Origin: Glycera tridactyla
Taxonomy: Eukaryota
Reading direction: 5' to 3'
Length of the DNA stretch: 64,000 nt
Assembly (NCBI GenBank): GCA_965644265.1
Contig: OZ286466.1
Span: 43,338,001-43,402,000, forward strand
Below the pieces are notes generated by a model. The model did no database searches and was not told where the DNA came from. It saw only the letters and a program-made list of their open reading frames with translations. Positions 40,071 through 54,776 of the stretch are shown in pieces. The position numbers and the translations under genes were made by a program. How positions within the stretch are numbered: the stretch's first letter is position 1; each line of letters opens with the position of its first letter.

Positions 40071-42029
40071 CATATGCTCAACCATTGCCATTTTCTAACC
40101 ATATTTTCAATCATACTCATATATATTGTAGCAAATAATCTCAAAATTTCACTATCGAAAATGATATAGATGTACTTTTATCTCAAAGTTTCAACTCAAG
40201 AGTATGCAGTCCATATTCAACTAATACCTGATTTTACATCATCTATGTACCACAGGAGCCTGAAATACTTGTGACTGTACATGTAATACTCATGACTGTA
40301 CGCAATTCCCACAGGGTCTAGCCACTTCAACATTCGCCCAACACCCTATAAAGTTGAGGGCTCTTGAGAATATTACCAAATTTGAATGAAGCACATGCAA
40401 ATGATACTCTCCCAAGCCCATTTTCGACCCATTCCCCTCTCCCGAGATTTTGACAAATCCCACACAAAATTGATTCAGTTGCTCTCATTATTTGGTGAGT
40501 ATAATCTTTGGTATCCGTGAATGAAATTGATGAAAGCTGATTAACAAATTCGAAAAACACAAAATGGCATTTTCACTTTCATTCTCACTAAGTGCCAACA
40601 CTAACAATCCATAAAAAAGTTTTCCCAACAAGAAAATATCAGCGAGATACTTGTTTCTCATCGTTCATCAACTAAACTAAAATTTTCACTTTTCTCATGA
40701 AAACAGAATGGAATTGGCCATTACCAGCACCAGATCGCCACCTACCCCAACCAATCCTCATCCATTTGCAAACTATTTCATGCAGTGAGAGACTGATTCA
40801 TGACATACAATGTATCAAGATGGGAGGATACAATGTTCCGATGCAATTTGGTTTTCATCAGTACGGCAAAAATATACAACTAACAATGAGAGTTGAATTC
40901 TTTAAAAACATTTGATGCTCTTCCATTGGTTTTTATTCTTGCCTACAGGAGTTAATCACTTCAATTCTAAATTCAAATTTATTTTCTGAATATCTGATAT
41001 GGAACATATATGGTTAACTCCAATTTGCAAATTCCAAGAGCACTCCATCAACGATTACAGGTGGTTCTGATCAATATACATTATCGCTGAATAACACCAA
41101 CTGTACACCTCTCACCCAGCTCACAAATCTACCACTTCTGGAAAACTCATACCAATCATACCCGTTTAAGCTGATAACTTAGGTCATGTGAGTACCAAGA
41201 TAGGTTCTAGGCAAGATATATTTCAAGTCAAACACACGTAAACCTCACACTAAAGCACAGCTGGGTGCTGATTTGATATTTATTTCACATCCTGAAAGAT
41301 ATGATGAAAAGATGTGAAATGCTTATGGGAAATGTCACCCACTGTACCAGGAAGCTGCCTTGCATTTCCATCAAAATCACAACATGATTTCAACTACTAT
41401 TTATATATCTGGTTTCTTCCTTTTATGACTATGACTACAGTTTTCAATGTTCATTCCACATTTTGAGTTGCATCGAAGTGCAAAATACGAATGGAACATA
41501 TAAAATGCTGACCTCTACTTAAAACAGTACAAATAAGAGGAACTTCCTTCAGAATGACGAGAAATAAATGGGCACTCTCTCATAGGAAAAAAACACTGTG
41601 AGTAGTGAACTGAAGTGTATTTAATGGATGAATCTGAGAATGAAATGTCTACTTCTCAGTCAACAAATGATGTAGAGTGTATGAATAGGACAATATCTCA
41701 ACTGACATATAAGAGGGGTCAACTCCTCTTAATACCACAAGAACTGTACCAAGATACCTCCTTTAAAAGGATCATGTCCATTATCCGGTATAATGTGCCG
41801 ACTAGTTCAGGAGACCATATTGTTAACTTTGTATCTTGTGAAAAGAATTCATTCCCACAGTTGCCAAATTGGATGCTATTAAAGGGGTGGTTTGCCTATT
41901 CAACAGTGAACTTTGACACCTAACAAGGTTAGATGTACTACCCCTGAAGGCATTTATTCACCCCTATTCATCTCATCCATTTAGCTGCACACCCAATGTA
42001 ATCTCGAGTCTCTCAACCCTACACTCACC

Positions 42030-42130
42030 CTGATTGTGTGTGTGTGTGCATGTGTGTGCGCGTGTGCGTGGGAGTGTGTGGTATAGCGTGGTAGACAGAC
42101 AAACAGACAGAAAAACAGACAGAGACAGAC
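42030..42130. repeat. (TG)n and (ACAG)n degenerate microsatellites
   Basis: Directly visible. Confidence 0.75.
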
Positions 42131-44884
42131 AGTAGGGGCTGTTTGAGCTCATAATGTACATGTACATGCTTGTGTACATGAACAGTTATACACATCAACA
42201 CAACCCATGCTATCCCCCCCCCCCCCCCATATACACACAAGCATAATCTATGCAATGAAATTACCTCACCTCATTCATGAGTTACATCCATTCCAGCGCT
42301 TCAAAATCAGAAAGTAAGGTACTCCAGAGCAATGTCTTAATGGTGGGTATAAACCACACACTAGGATCCAGTAAAAGTCAATGTGTGTTTTGAGGTACTC
42401 TGTTGGTTACTCCAAAGACTCTATAATGATAGTTATAAGGTCTTTCCTTACTCCACCATGTGCCCCTTCTCCCTGGGAGCAACAGTTGAATTCAAGAGTC
42501 AACCAGGAATATGCAATTCGTATTTAACCAATAAAACATGTCATAGTCGATCTTAGTGTTATCCAGAACTATACAGGTCATATTCTGTCCATGTAGTTAG
42601 TCTCATGTTGGGATATACATGGGTAAAAAGTTTGCCCTTAAGAAGTACTGTTCCTCATCATATTGCATCTAAACAAGAAATACATTATGACCCACTCACT
42701 GTTGTTACAATCACATCATAAATTCTTGATCGTTGCGGCGCATTCTTGGCATTGAAATCTTTTTCTGGGCTTGATATTTTCCTTCTTGAGTTATTCAAGT
42801 AACTTCTCATACTGACAAAATATAGGCATTCTGTCCTGATACAGAAGCAAAAATACGAGTTACATAAATTCTTTTGACGTCTACACTTGACAACTATGCA
42901 TTTGGCATGACAGGTCAGACAAAACGAGTGATCTTTCCATAGATTTTAGGATGTAAGCATTGTTTTGAAGGAAAATACGAAAGTTGTAATAATGATATAC
43001 ATTGAGATCAGATTTTGCCTCATCAATTTCCACTTCGGATTTTCAAGACTATCGAAGGCAATCACAGAAATATCCAACCTCCATAGTTTCCTGTATATGA
43101 TTTGACCAAATATTTTCTATCAATAATGAGAGACCACCTCAAAGTGACCAACTTGAATGTCAACACACAGTGGTCTCAAAAAATAGGTGGGGTAGCAAAC
43201 CACCAGTCTTCAGCAGCCAGTTTTGGATTCCGTACTTCTCACCAAAATGAAACCTGGTATGAGGGATCCCCAAAGAGAGACCGCCTCCTACGGGCAGACT
43301 TCAAATTTACCTCTGACAAGAGATGATCTCTTTTGTGACCACTTCTTGGTGACAGATCAGATAAAATAGGATAAGGAAGTGGTTTTGAAATATGGGTGGT
43401 TTGTCGTGAGATGGATAAAGGATAAACTCAATGCAGATTCCACTGTACATGTATATTGATGTCCAGCTAGGGGTGATATAGGATGACAATCAATACACAG
43501 GAGGGTGGTAATCCAACTCTTTTGCAGAGAAACAAGAGGGTACAACAAGCTGGGTGTTACATCAAAGCATCTTGACCTATGTGCTATAGCATTTGAATAC
43601 AAGTTTGTGTCCCTGGTTTGTCACTGGGGATTTATACAGGAACATCCCATCATATACCCTGGGCGAAGCCACAAACATGGGACATGTGACTAACGATCCC
43701 GCCAGTGTAATACCCTCCGAGCGTGAGTTTAACCATCCAAAGAGATGCACTGTGGATGACATAATAAGCTTCCATGGTCATTACAAAAATCCATAGCTAC
43801 TTGTTCACATGATGGCAGATTCCTAGAGGAGAGAAACTCCACAGAATGAAAAGCAGCATCAGATCAGCCACAATAAATGAGAACACAGATGAACGGCTCA
43901 CGGCAAGATCAGCAGGGCGAGTATACAGCCGACTGCTGGAGAAGGAAGTCCAAGAGATGGCGGACAAACCAACACCAACCCGCGAAGCGGACAAACCTGC
44001 GATCGAAAACAAGCGCGAGAGCAAGCAGTGGCAGCAGCGACCACCGACACTACTCGGGCAGCGGCGTGTAGTTGCTACCTTATGCGGATAACACTTCAGC
44101 GACAGTGTCCCCTACAAGTCAATTCCCAGTGGCTGTGATGAATAGGAACGTGTAAGTGACTGTGGGAGGTAGATCAGTGGCCCCAGACAGGCCTGATTGG
44201 CGCCAAACCCTAGCCTCACTCTACTGTTTCTGACCTCTTATGTTCAACATGCATTTTCATGAAATACCATGAGAATCCCACCTCTGATGTCTGATGTAAG
44301 ACAAACATTTTTGTAAGGTCCCATATTGGTGACATTCAGGGTGGTCTCTTGTTGCTAGTTGGACTGAAGTTTTAACTATGAAGCCACCCATCTGAATGTG
44401 TAATTTTGCATGCATATGCACACATGTGCACACCCACACGCAGGCTCATACAAACACACACAAACACATGAAGACATGTGTCCGCATGCAAATGTCATAC
44501 AGACCACATTGAGAGAATCCACTCCAACTCCGCAGGAAGGAAACATCCACAGACACAAAGGGTTATAATCCATTGTACTGAAGTGGTTAATGCCTTGATC
44601 ATAGAATACTAAGTCCTGTGGTTTTTGGCCTGAGAGCCTGTTGCTCTCTGCAGGTACACCTGAGTCAAACCAGTAAAGATTCGTAAGCCACTTGTGAGCT
44701 AGCTTCTTGCCGTTCCAAGTCTATTACTGGGCATTACATGGCAGCATTACAGACATTATGTGGTGGTCAGGGTGCTTGTGACCGCCTATTACATACTGCT
44801 GAGTAATACCAATCCAAACTACCTACTCCAAAGCCTTCATACAAAACTTGATTTCACACCTTTCACCTACTTTTCAATCTAGGA

Positions 44885-45035
44885 AGACCACCCTCAGTTG
44901 CATCAGAAAGTGGTCAGTTTAGACACTTTATACAGAGGTGGTTTACTGTGTGAGATACTACCACGGTCACTGCTATGGATGATCCTTGTAGGCAGGTGGT
45001 CTTTGTAGAGGCAGTCCCTTGAGCCACACTGACTG
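44885..45035. mobile_element. 5'-decayed copy of the TA-flanked MITE family
   Basis: gaccaccctcagttgcatcagaaagtggtc...atactaccacggtcac...gtaggcaggtggtctttgtagag...gactg-TA, colinear with 33021-33197. Confidence 0.6.
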
Positions 45036-45803
45036 TAATGGATTCAGAATTGGGATTTTTCAGACATCAATTGGTGCTTTCATAATTTCCCAGGAAACCA
45101 TCCTTACTAGCATATGTGTCATCCATCATAGACCACCGAATCAGAGATGCATATAGAAATTATGGGCCAAACTCCCGTCACATCAACAAGGGGTCAGCAT
45201 CAAATTGCAGAGGGGCAGTATAATGGAAATAGTATAATTCTCAGTAAATAAGGGGGGATTTGGCCCACCATCATTTTGAAAAAGGGCCAAAGATAGAAAA
45301 TGTGTGTCCATTGGTGCACTTCCTCCTCGTACATGCAACACAACTCAATTGTTCTTGAAATTCCATGAGCATTCCGACCTATCATCAGTTGATAATTGAT
45401 TGTGCCGAGTGGGAAAGCAGCAAACAACTTCTGGTAAGTGAAAATATATCTCAACATATTCATGCAATCATGAACAATTCTTTCATGATGCATTCATCTT
45501 CAGGGCACATGCATTGACCTACAGTCTATGAGAAACAAGTGAGAGGGCACAAAACAATGGCAGTATCCCTGGAAGTATCTAGGGAGGAGCTATTATAAAC
45601 ACATTTGGTGCACAAAAAATGCTAAAACGCTTACTCATCTGCATTCCAGATGCTGTATTTATAAGAGGATTTGCAGGCTAGTAGATATCACCTTGGCTCG
45701 AGTGTACTATCAGGGCTTTATTCCATAAGCAGATTCAGTCTCTGATACTACTTGATATGAAATCAAGCTATTTAGCTTTGAGTATAATGGTTGGCACAAT
45801 TCA

Positions 45804-45805
<2 letters not shown>

Positions 45806-45856
<51 letters not shown>

Positions 45857-45870
45857 TGTGTGTCTATGTG
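45806..45870. repeat. (TG)n microsatellite
   Basis: Directly visible. Confidence 0.95.
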
Positions 45871-48800
45871 TGTATATATGCGTGCATTTGTGCATGTGAA
45901 GTTTTGTGGTGTACACATTTAGTGGTTTGTGACATAATAATCTGTAGTTTACTAACGACTTGCTGAGTGTATCCTCTGAGTCGGCCCGCAAGCCTCGGCT
46001 TTTGACCTACGGCTGGGTTCATGCCCATGTTTCCTTACCTGCGCATCAGAATTGTGCACCATAATCAAGTCTCAAATTGCAAATCAAAATTAAGAATTTC
46101 GATACTCGAATTGCAAACAGTTCCTACTTTTCAGACAGACCATTTTCATTTTGTTTGAATTTCGCAACAAGGATACATCTTAGCTTCACCAACAGTGATG
46201 TTGGAATCATAGTGGACAAAAAGTGCAAAGCGCCATCTATCTCGTTACAAGATGATGACGGGGTTGAGTAGACATAAATGAGGGGACTAAAGTAGCCCTC
46301 TTTGCTCATGTCAGACGTCCATGTACATTCAAGTACTCGGCAAACACCGACTGTTAGTGCGTTTGAGTACGCCGACAGCTGAATGGACCGTAGATTCTAC
46401 CCATAACAAAGAGGCAACACTCAATGCGATCACTCGTTCACTCACAAGCACTGCTCAAGCACCGTGCATTTGTGGTGACGTTATCCACTCAAGTGGTCGG
46501 TCTCACTCAGAAACACGTGCTCACTCGTTACGACTCGAGTAGAAGGCGCCTGCGTGAGGGCATTCCAACCTAGAGCATGTCAGGAACCATGACGATGCAC
46601 GCTTTCCGTCATGGCAACCACCACCAGCTGCTTTCATCCAGGGGCGTAGAATAGAGTCAGTCATGCATGACTAATTCATCTGAACATGAAAACAATATCA
46701 AGAATATCGCTTGTTTGGCAAAACAGCACCCCTGCTGAGTGTGACTATGACACAACCGATTTTGTTAATTGATGATGAGGGTTAAATTCCATAGAATTGA
46801 CGTTTGTTCTCAACTCCTTTGATATCAATATGACCAGACAAGATTATCCCAAATGTAGTCAAAGTTTCTCAAGTATGGTATCAATAATATCTCCTTCAAA
46901 TTATCTAGCCTGGGTCCAGCACATTTATGCTTTGAATCCTTCCAGTAAATTTACTGAATATGGTGAGCTGCCTGCAGATGGTTAGGGTAGTGGTAGCCTA
47001 AACATCCAACATGAATATCTCACACTTCAAGAAATGAGAAATTGACACACAAATTACAAGGACTAGTATTATAAAGGTAGGCATTGTAGACAGGTTCAAC
47101 ATTGAATGGATAAACCTGAGCTTCATCTCAATACTCAACTGGCTAGAGGTAGGCACAACATCCCAATATTGATACTTTCAGAATTAGTGTACACAATACT
47201 TGAACAGAATGAATGTACAGTATTCTGCCCAGTGAGTGAATAGATGGCACCACTTATAGGGTGACATTCACCTGGCTATATTGACTGCTTCCTGGAGCGG
47301 CATGGTCGGGTTTAGTTTGGTTTGGTTTGATTGAGGTTTAACAGCAAGTATCAACCCAGGCTATTATGATGCTCAAGTGAAGGCAACATCCCCCCCCCCC
47401 CTACCACAGCTCATAAGTTAAACAGTAACTTGCCTTCAAATCACACTCAATTGAGTCCTAACATGAAAAGGTCAAGGTTCGAGTCATGTTCAATTGCGGT
47501 TTTTCTCCTGACTGGAGATGTCAAACTGGCGTGTTGGAGCAAGCAGTAGTTCTGTAATTAATCGTGGGTATGTATTCATCAGTGACTCCTGCATTTTTCC
47601 TGACCTTTTCATGCAAACCATCTCATTCAAATATAGTTGTGATTAAAAACAATCTCATGGGGATCGGGTCCGAATTTCTTTGGCATACAGTGATCGTAAA
47701 TATCCATGTTAATTCCACATTCAAGTTACTGTTGTAGACACCGATAATGAAATGAACAGAGATACTACATTGGTCACCTATCCATACTATTCGCCACCAA
47801 ACTGATGAAAAACAAGATTTATATTTAACTGAGTGTGAAGAAAATAACCTGCACAATAAATAGTGCTTTCAATTTTCATTCAAAAGAAGATCTGTCAAGA
47901 GACTTGTCATCAGAAAGTGGTCTCCCATCAGAGTTTGGAATCTTGTCACTGGTTTACTATATACACGTAAGTATGGTATATCTCTCATTTCAAACAACAT
48001 CGCTTGCCAAGAATCGAAGAGGAAAACATGAACTACTAAGATGTAGTAACAGCGGTTTTCTCAGAGCTGAGATTATTTGCATTCATCAAAGATTACAGGT
48101 GACAGGTGATCGGAATTTTGAGTGGCAAGAGCTTACAAAATGATCATATAATCAAGAAGTAGGCAATTGCGTGAAAAAGTCCCGAAAACAGATGATTATC
48201 CATTCATGAAGTGATGTCCTGATTGCGTTCTCGTGCCTTGTACAATGAGAAAGACACATGGCAGAGTTTCAAGCCACGGTGTTGGGAGATTTGCTGGCAC
48301 GAAGCGCCATGACGCAGTCTCGCTAGATCTAAACGCTGCCAAATGGGCAAGACAACTCAAAAAGGGTGCATGCCAAATGCAAAGGCCAAGCCGCTTTGAG
48401 TGTGGCACTGCCAATTTTCTTTTATCGCTGATAGCATGCAACCTGAAACCGAGGTTACGAGATTAAAGGTGGAACTTCAATGCTTGCAGCCCGGAGATGA
48501 CATAGGTATATAACATGAGATCAGATTTTTATGTTGCTCATCCATTGATTACTATGTCCCCATAACAACCGATACATCTTCAAAGACATCTGTACATGCC
48601 AATGTTACCGCTGGGAGACTTCCTTTGCCCAGTGATCGTTTCTCTGAGAAAGGCATTAAAGACATTATCCATAATCCATAAGAATAGACGCAGACTAATC
48701 AAACTCCAAAACATACCATTGATTGGCTTAATACAATCCATGATAATTCTGTATCTAAGGTTCATTTAATGTTCATATCTGGTACGGGAAGTACATTCTC

Positions 48801-51800
48801 CAGGAAGAGGTGAATATTGAAGATGGGATTAAGAGGTGAAACAGGACCTACTCTTTCTTGATCACCCTTGCGATAGAGTGTCCATATAGAGACAAGTAGT
48901 GGTGAATATACTGATGATAGTACATGGCAGGTAGTTCCCAACTATGAGCTGTTTGAGCACACTGATGCTCTTTCTATGTGTCATATTACACTTTAACGTG
49001 CATCAAACCATTTAATCCTATCAAAGTATACTGAACTCTAAGTACCTTTTGGGCACAAAAATGAGCTTCCATCAGCATGGTTTGAAGTGGATGACTATGG
49101 TGATTTGTATACGGAATTCGGGGAATTGCATCCGAAGGGTTTGACACCAAAATGAACTGATCATTCAATTCTTACACCAGCCCAAAAGGTCTTGCTCTCC
49201 ATCCAACAGGATGGTGCAAGTATACCAAAGGAGAATAAAAACATGAATGGATGATTCTACGATTCTAGTAGGACAGCTGGCTAGAAAAAAACAGCAACAT
49301 AATGTGGCATCTTGAGAGGTTCCCATGTGTGAAGCAGAGGGAGATGTTTGTGGTAGGTCCCCTCAGGAACCACTCAAGGACCACTCAGTTCTTCCAACAG
49401 AGCCGAGGTGCGGGACTTGTACCCTCGTACTGAAACACAGAGAGCTCACTTGTTGGGGCTCCTCTACACCAACGATTTCCCAAACAAGCGTGAGAGTTAG
49501 ATAGCTCATGGCTATGCTTAAGAGGCTTCATCTTGAGAGCCTGGTGAAACAGAAACACAGGCTTTTGTATGACTCTCGACAAAAACCAAAATGGCGCTCA
49601 AGTACGTGGACTAAGAGTGTGCTTAATGACCTCATCCGGGATCTTCCTGTGCTCGGTCTGCAATTCACGATGGGAACTCCGAAGGCACTTCATCCTGGGA
49701 TTTCAGTTTGCTACACTGCACTGCATGCTTAATATATCACGGCTAAGGACTTTTGGAGACAAATCCAGCAGAGGAGTCAGAGGCATCAAATCTTACTGAT
49801 ATGACTGAGGGTCCTAGGTGAGATCTTCAAATCCACTTCCAAAGGCAACAATCTGTCAGATATTCTAGAGAAATTTTTGATGTGGCATTAGGCACCCAAC
49901 CTTCTATGTGCCGAGAACAGGATGTAATTGCTACATATACCAATGTCATAATGAAATCTTAATACTTTTCAATACCTCAACACTTTTCTTTGATACTCAA
50001 ACACCTTTCTTCATCATCGAGACCGTTATTATTTCATGTCCTGATTAACGTTAACAACAGGCAACATAATCCATAATCCATCTGCCAATCGTTACTTCAT
50101 CAATAATTCCCTGCATTAGCCACCTCAGCTTCTCCCAGCAGATAAGATAAACACAATTACATGTAGTTAGACGCTCATTAAATGATAAAACCCAATTACA
50201 TCAACAGTCTGTGTGCACGATCAACACGCGCGACTCACAGCCTTCGGGTCAACGAAGCACAGATCAAAAATGCTGCCGTAAGCAACATGCAAAGATGGCA
50301 AACTCAGATATACGAGCGAGAAAGTTAATTCATTATCTTCCAGTCACAAATACAGATGCACGATATTCTCGATCATGCATGCTTTTTGCAGAAGTTCCAT
50401 GAAAATTTCATGTCCCACCATAGACAATGAGAGTGTCCCCAAAAGATAGAATAATCATTGGGAATTACATCCACTGTTTTTTTGTTCAGAAAGTCAAAAT
50501 TGTCTGAAACATGAATTGCACTAAGCATAAACTTGATTTGAGCAATAACTCTTGGTTCACCCGTGCAGTGTTTTTGTTGATAATTGACCTCTACTAAGCA
50601 TTAACTAGCACCATTTGATCATTTTCTGCAACCTTATGCTCAGGAAAACTTCCACTGTACCTAAGATAAATAGCACATCTAGTACATATTTTTCATGGAT
50701 ACATTCAAGCTGATCAATTCACTGAGAACATGAACCTACAGATGAAAGGAAAGGAATGACCTATATAATGAAAGTAAAGAGCAAAAAAATAGGCAAAAAA
50801 TGCTGATGGATCACTGATAATATCTCTTGGCAATGACGTTCAAATTCTCTGCCAGAAGCTGGATAATTAACCAGTCAGGTAACATAAATGGCAAATTACT
50901 CGGCAGTCTAAACATGAAATGTCCACCCCCACCTCACATCTCACTACCACCAGGATACTGAAGAAACAGGGAACGGAGTTCAAAGGATAAACACAATTGG
51001 TTGAACCTAACCAACAGGTGGTTGCAGGGTAATCGCTTTCGGCATTGATGCCAAAAAATTTCGGACAACATTTTCAGACTTGATAACTCCATTCTGTTAC
51101 TTAACATATTGCATTGATACAGGTCATCTGGAATATGGTTGATTTAGGTTGGTTTGCTGGTTGTTTAAGATCCCCTATGGGCCAGTTAGGCTATACTGAG
51201 ATGGCCAAAGGCCTTGTAATTGACTTGCATTTTAGCATAACAAGTGTCTAGTTTACATGAACCATACCTAAATTCCAAATTGCATGTATTCTAATACAAG
51301 AATGATGGAGCTTATAAAGTGGGCTATGGGTGCCATTACATGCTGCAGATGGAGGAAAATAGAAATTTCTCATTAACATCTAAGGTTACTGTAGGGCAGA
51401 GAAATCAGGGCTAAATGATCCTAGATTGAGCCCAGGGTAGCAGAGAGGGAGAAGGGCCTGCGGTTATGTCTCCCAGAGTCATACAGGCTCACAAGCCAGG
51501 TTGGTAGGGCCGAGGAAACAGCGAGATGGGGCATGGACATGCAAGCAGACACTCCATAGGCAGCCTTGATGTGCATTACACATGCAAACTGCTCATATTG
51601 GTGCCAGTAACCGTGGCAACTGCAGGACATGGCTGCCTCCCGAGGGCTCAATAAACTAGCACCAAAATGGGGAAATAAATTAATCCAAGGAAAAGTACTT
51701 CCTCCAACAACAACAAATAGGAAAACAATAGGTTGCTGGCTTGTGAAAGACTCCTTGTGACATTTACTTGATCACATAATCCAAGAATTTGCCTTCCAGA

Positions 51801-54639
51801 CAAATCAAATATAATGAAAGGCGTCCTGTGGATGAATAATCCTTCTGAGGTATGCTGAGATATCAGCTCTGAAATGGGAGTCTATCTATAGAAAATCGTG
51901 AGTAGATCATAGTTATTTGAAACCCTAAGGTCGGAATCCACTCTGTATGGAGTGTAGGATATGCAACCTGACAAAATTATACAGGTGGAAAATGCCAAAT
52001 ATTGCAGGATACAAGTCAAACAGGTGGATCGGAGGAAGAGAGGGGGGCTACATCAGATATGGAATGAGCACCAAATAATGGATTTGGGGAAAAATTTACA
52101 TTCGTTCAAACCACGAGCCTGAACCACCATTAGAATCCCTTGAAGGCTGAAATGTTCTCGGCTTGAACAGACTACACAGCACTAAATAGCAAATCTGATG
52201 ATGAAGCTGAACAAAGGTCATTACCACAGAAATCCAATATGGCAGCCTCCTGTGGTTGTCAGTGGACGCTCCATTTGAATTATCAGTTTAAGAGGTATTA
52301 CACAAGTACCCCTTGGAGATATTTATACGGGATCGCAATTGTAAATTGACTTCAGATTAGAGTATGTTTGTGAGTTGATCAACATGGCGCATTTGGAATG
52401 AGATGAAACACAAATAACCAACCAACTAACGACAAAGGTCACCCTGAGCTGTGACCTTGATAGTATATTGCAGTACCTATACAAATTCCAGACATTCAGT
52501 ACAAATTCCGTACAAGGTACCTGCACTGGGAGTTACCACATTGGGCTTCATGAGCAATCAAACTGCGTATACCACTAATGTGTTAATGCAAACTGTGGTC
52601 AACCAGTGAATAGTACGCATGAAGCCAGAAAAAAATTCACACCATGTTGCTAAAATTCAACTTAACCACTAGAAATCTGACACATGTGACCCTGGTTGGA
52701 ATGGGCCTTAATTCCTTATCATAAATGGCATCCAAATTTGTGGCGGGTGTTCACTTGCACAATTGATAAAATACCTGATGGACCCAACAAACTGTATATA
52801 AATCTATAGCAATGAGAGATAATAAAACCTTACTTGGTTGGTGAACTGATACAATGATTGTACATACCTAAAACAGAAAGCAAAACAGACAAAATTAGAT
52901 ATGATTCCATGGAATTCAAACGTGAGAGCCGGAGAACTGCAAAATGAGGGAGGGGTGAGACAGAAAGGGTAGGTGGGAAATTATGCAGACAATTGCTATA
53001 GGTATCACAAGCTTGGCAAAATATGACAAAACTTGACAGCTTTACATGTTCATTTTGATTTTTCACTCCATTTAAAGAGCAGAACATTCAGACCTGAAAT
53101 ACCCATTGGGCCATTTCACAACAGGACCGGTGCCAAAAACAAAATAATCGTGTGAATACATCGCCAGTTGTTCACGCACCCAACATCACAGAGAAATGGC
53201 TGATAAGTTTTTTTGGTGAGCTTGCTCCACTCATGTTCCCTCATCTCTGCTCATCGAGGTTTTCGGCATCTTTTCTACCCTTGAATCCATCATCTTAACC
53301 TCCATCAAGAGGTCAAGATGGTTATCCGGCTTCTACTAGCAAACCATTCTTTTATCTCACATAATAAGATAAAAGCCTGTTGTGTTTGTGCAGGCAGACT
53401 GTTGTTTTTGCTGACTGACTGCTACTGCCACCCATAGCCAAAACTACAACCCAAACACACTACAGCAGCCATCTTGATCCTTGATCGAGACATACTCTAT
53501 TTACAAATTCTCAAAACTCATCATTTCTCTATGAGAATGAGTATCTCTTTGAAGGGGCGCAAATATCTTAGAAAAGTCTCCAAAACTATTGTTGCTCTTG
53601 TTTGATCAAATTCACCTGGGAAGATACTCAAAATAGTCTCACAAAACACTCCCACACACCCTGAACACAAGATGATAAGGAGAATGATAGTTTGACATAT
53701 GGACGTGACTGACAGTTCATACACACCTCTAATCAGACAACATATAACTGAACCTCTGTGCCTCATATTTGACCATGTAACAGGCTGATGATATATGCGA
53801 CATCTATCAATGTTACGATGATGATGAGAAGCACAATGCTCCAGCAAATGGGGAGTTTTTCCGTTTTTTTTCTACCGGGTTTCTCAACCCCACTTTACAG
53901 CCAGGCAAAGTAGTGGCAACAGCTGAGTCCCCTCAGCCAGTGGTATATGTACAGTGAACCAAAATATCCAGCCATCTGTTCATACAAATTGTTTCAAGAT
54001 TCTGCAGATATTGCACCAAGTGTTTTCCTAACACAACTTGCCAGTACAGACAGCCTGTTCTTATTACTAGTACCCCAAAATACAAAACAATCACAGGATT
54101 TCAATTGGGATTTTAATTGCAGATAAGTGATCAATATCAATTTTTACTGAATCTCGAGAGCAGGAACAAGTTTGCAAAATTCCAAAATTGTTGGGCTTAC
54201 TCAATGCTGTAGCTGTTGTTTCAACAAAGAATGGAGAGTGAAAGGGCATGGATAAACTACCCCAACACAAGTCACTTAAGTACTTTCATATGTTCTCCAT
54301 GTGGAAATAGTTAACATCCATTTCTTGATACACCTCCCTGACATAATTTCTAACAGAACCAGATTGTAGGTGGCCAGTTAAAAAAATCATATTATTTTCT
54401 TAATTTTGACCTTAAGAATACTGGATGAGCCCTCTATACTGAAGTGGAATTCGTCAGGAGTAGTCTTGTCTTCCTGGACACACACACACACTTTTATTGA
54501 ATTATTTCATGTCAGTCACATGATGCACGGGCAACAGGTCCATGAAATGTGTCAAATGCCCAAGCCCAATTTTTGGGTCTCATACGGGGTTTGAACCCAC
54601 AAACTCATTGCCAGCAACTTGCACGCGAACACCCACACC

Positions 54640-54776
54640 NNNNNNNNNNNNNNNNNNNNNNNNNNNNNNNNNNNNNNNNNNNNNNNNNNNNNNNNNNNNN
54701 NNNNNNNNNNNNNNNNNNNNNNNNNNNNNNNNNNNNNNNNNNNNNNNNNNNNNNNNNNNNNNNNNNNNNNNNNNNN
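54640..54776. other. Assembly gap (N run)
   Basis: Run of N. Confidence 0.99.

Noticed and set aside
50606-50625. miR-29-like sequence TAGCACCATTTGA
   Set aside because: Only the first 13 nt match the mature miRNA as I recall it, and there is no complementary arm for a precursor hairpin.
54540-54639. tRNA gene from the B-box-like GGTTCAAACCC on the minus strand (similar words at ~20745 and ~47478)
   Set aside because: No cloverleaf can be folded. At most this is a SINE remnant, and it is cut by an N gap.
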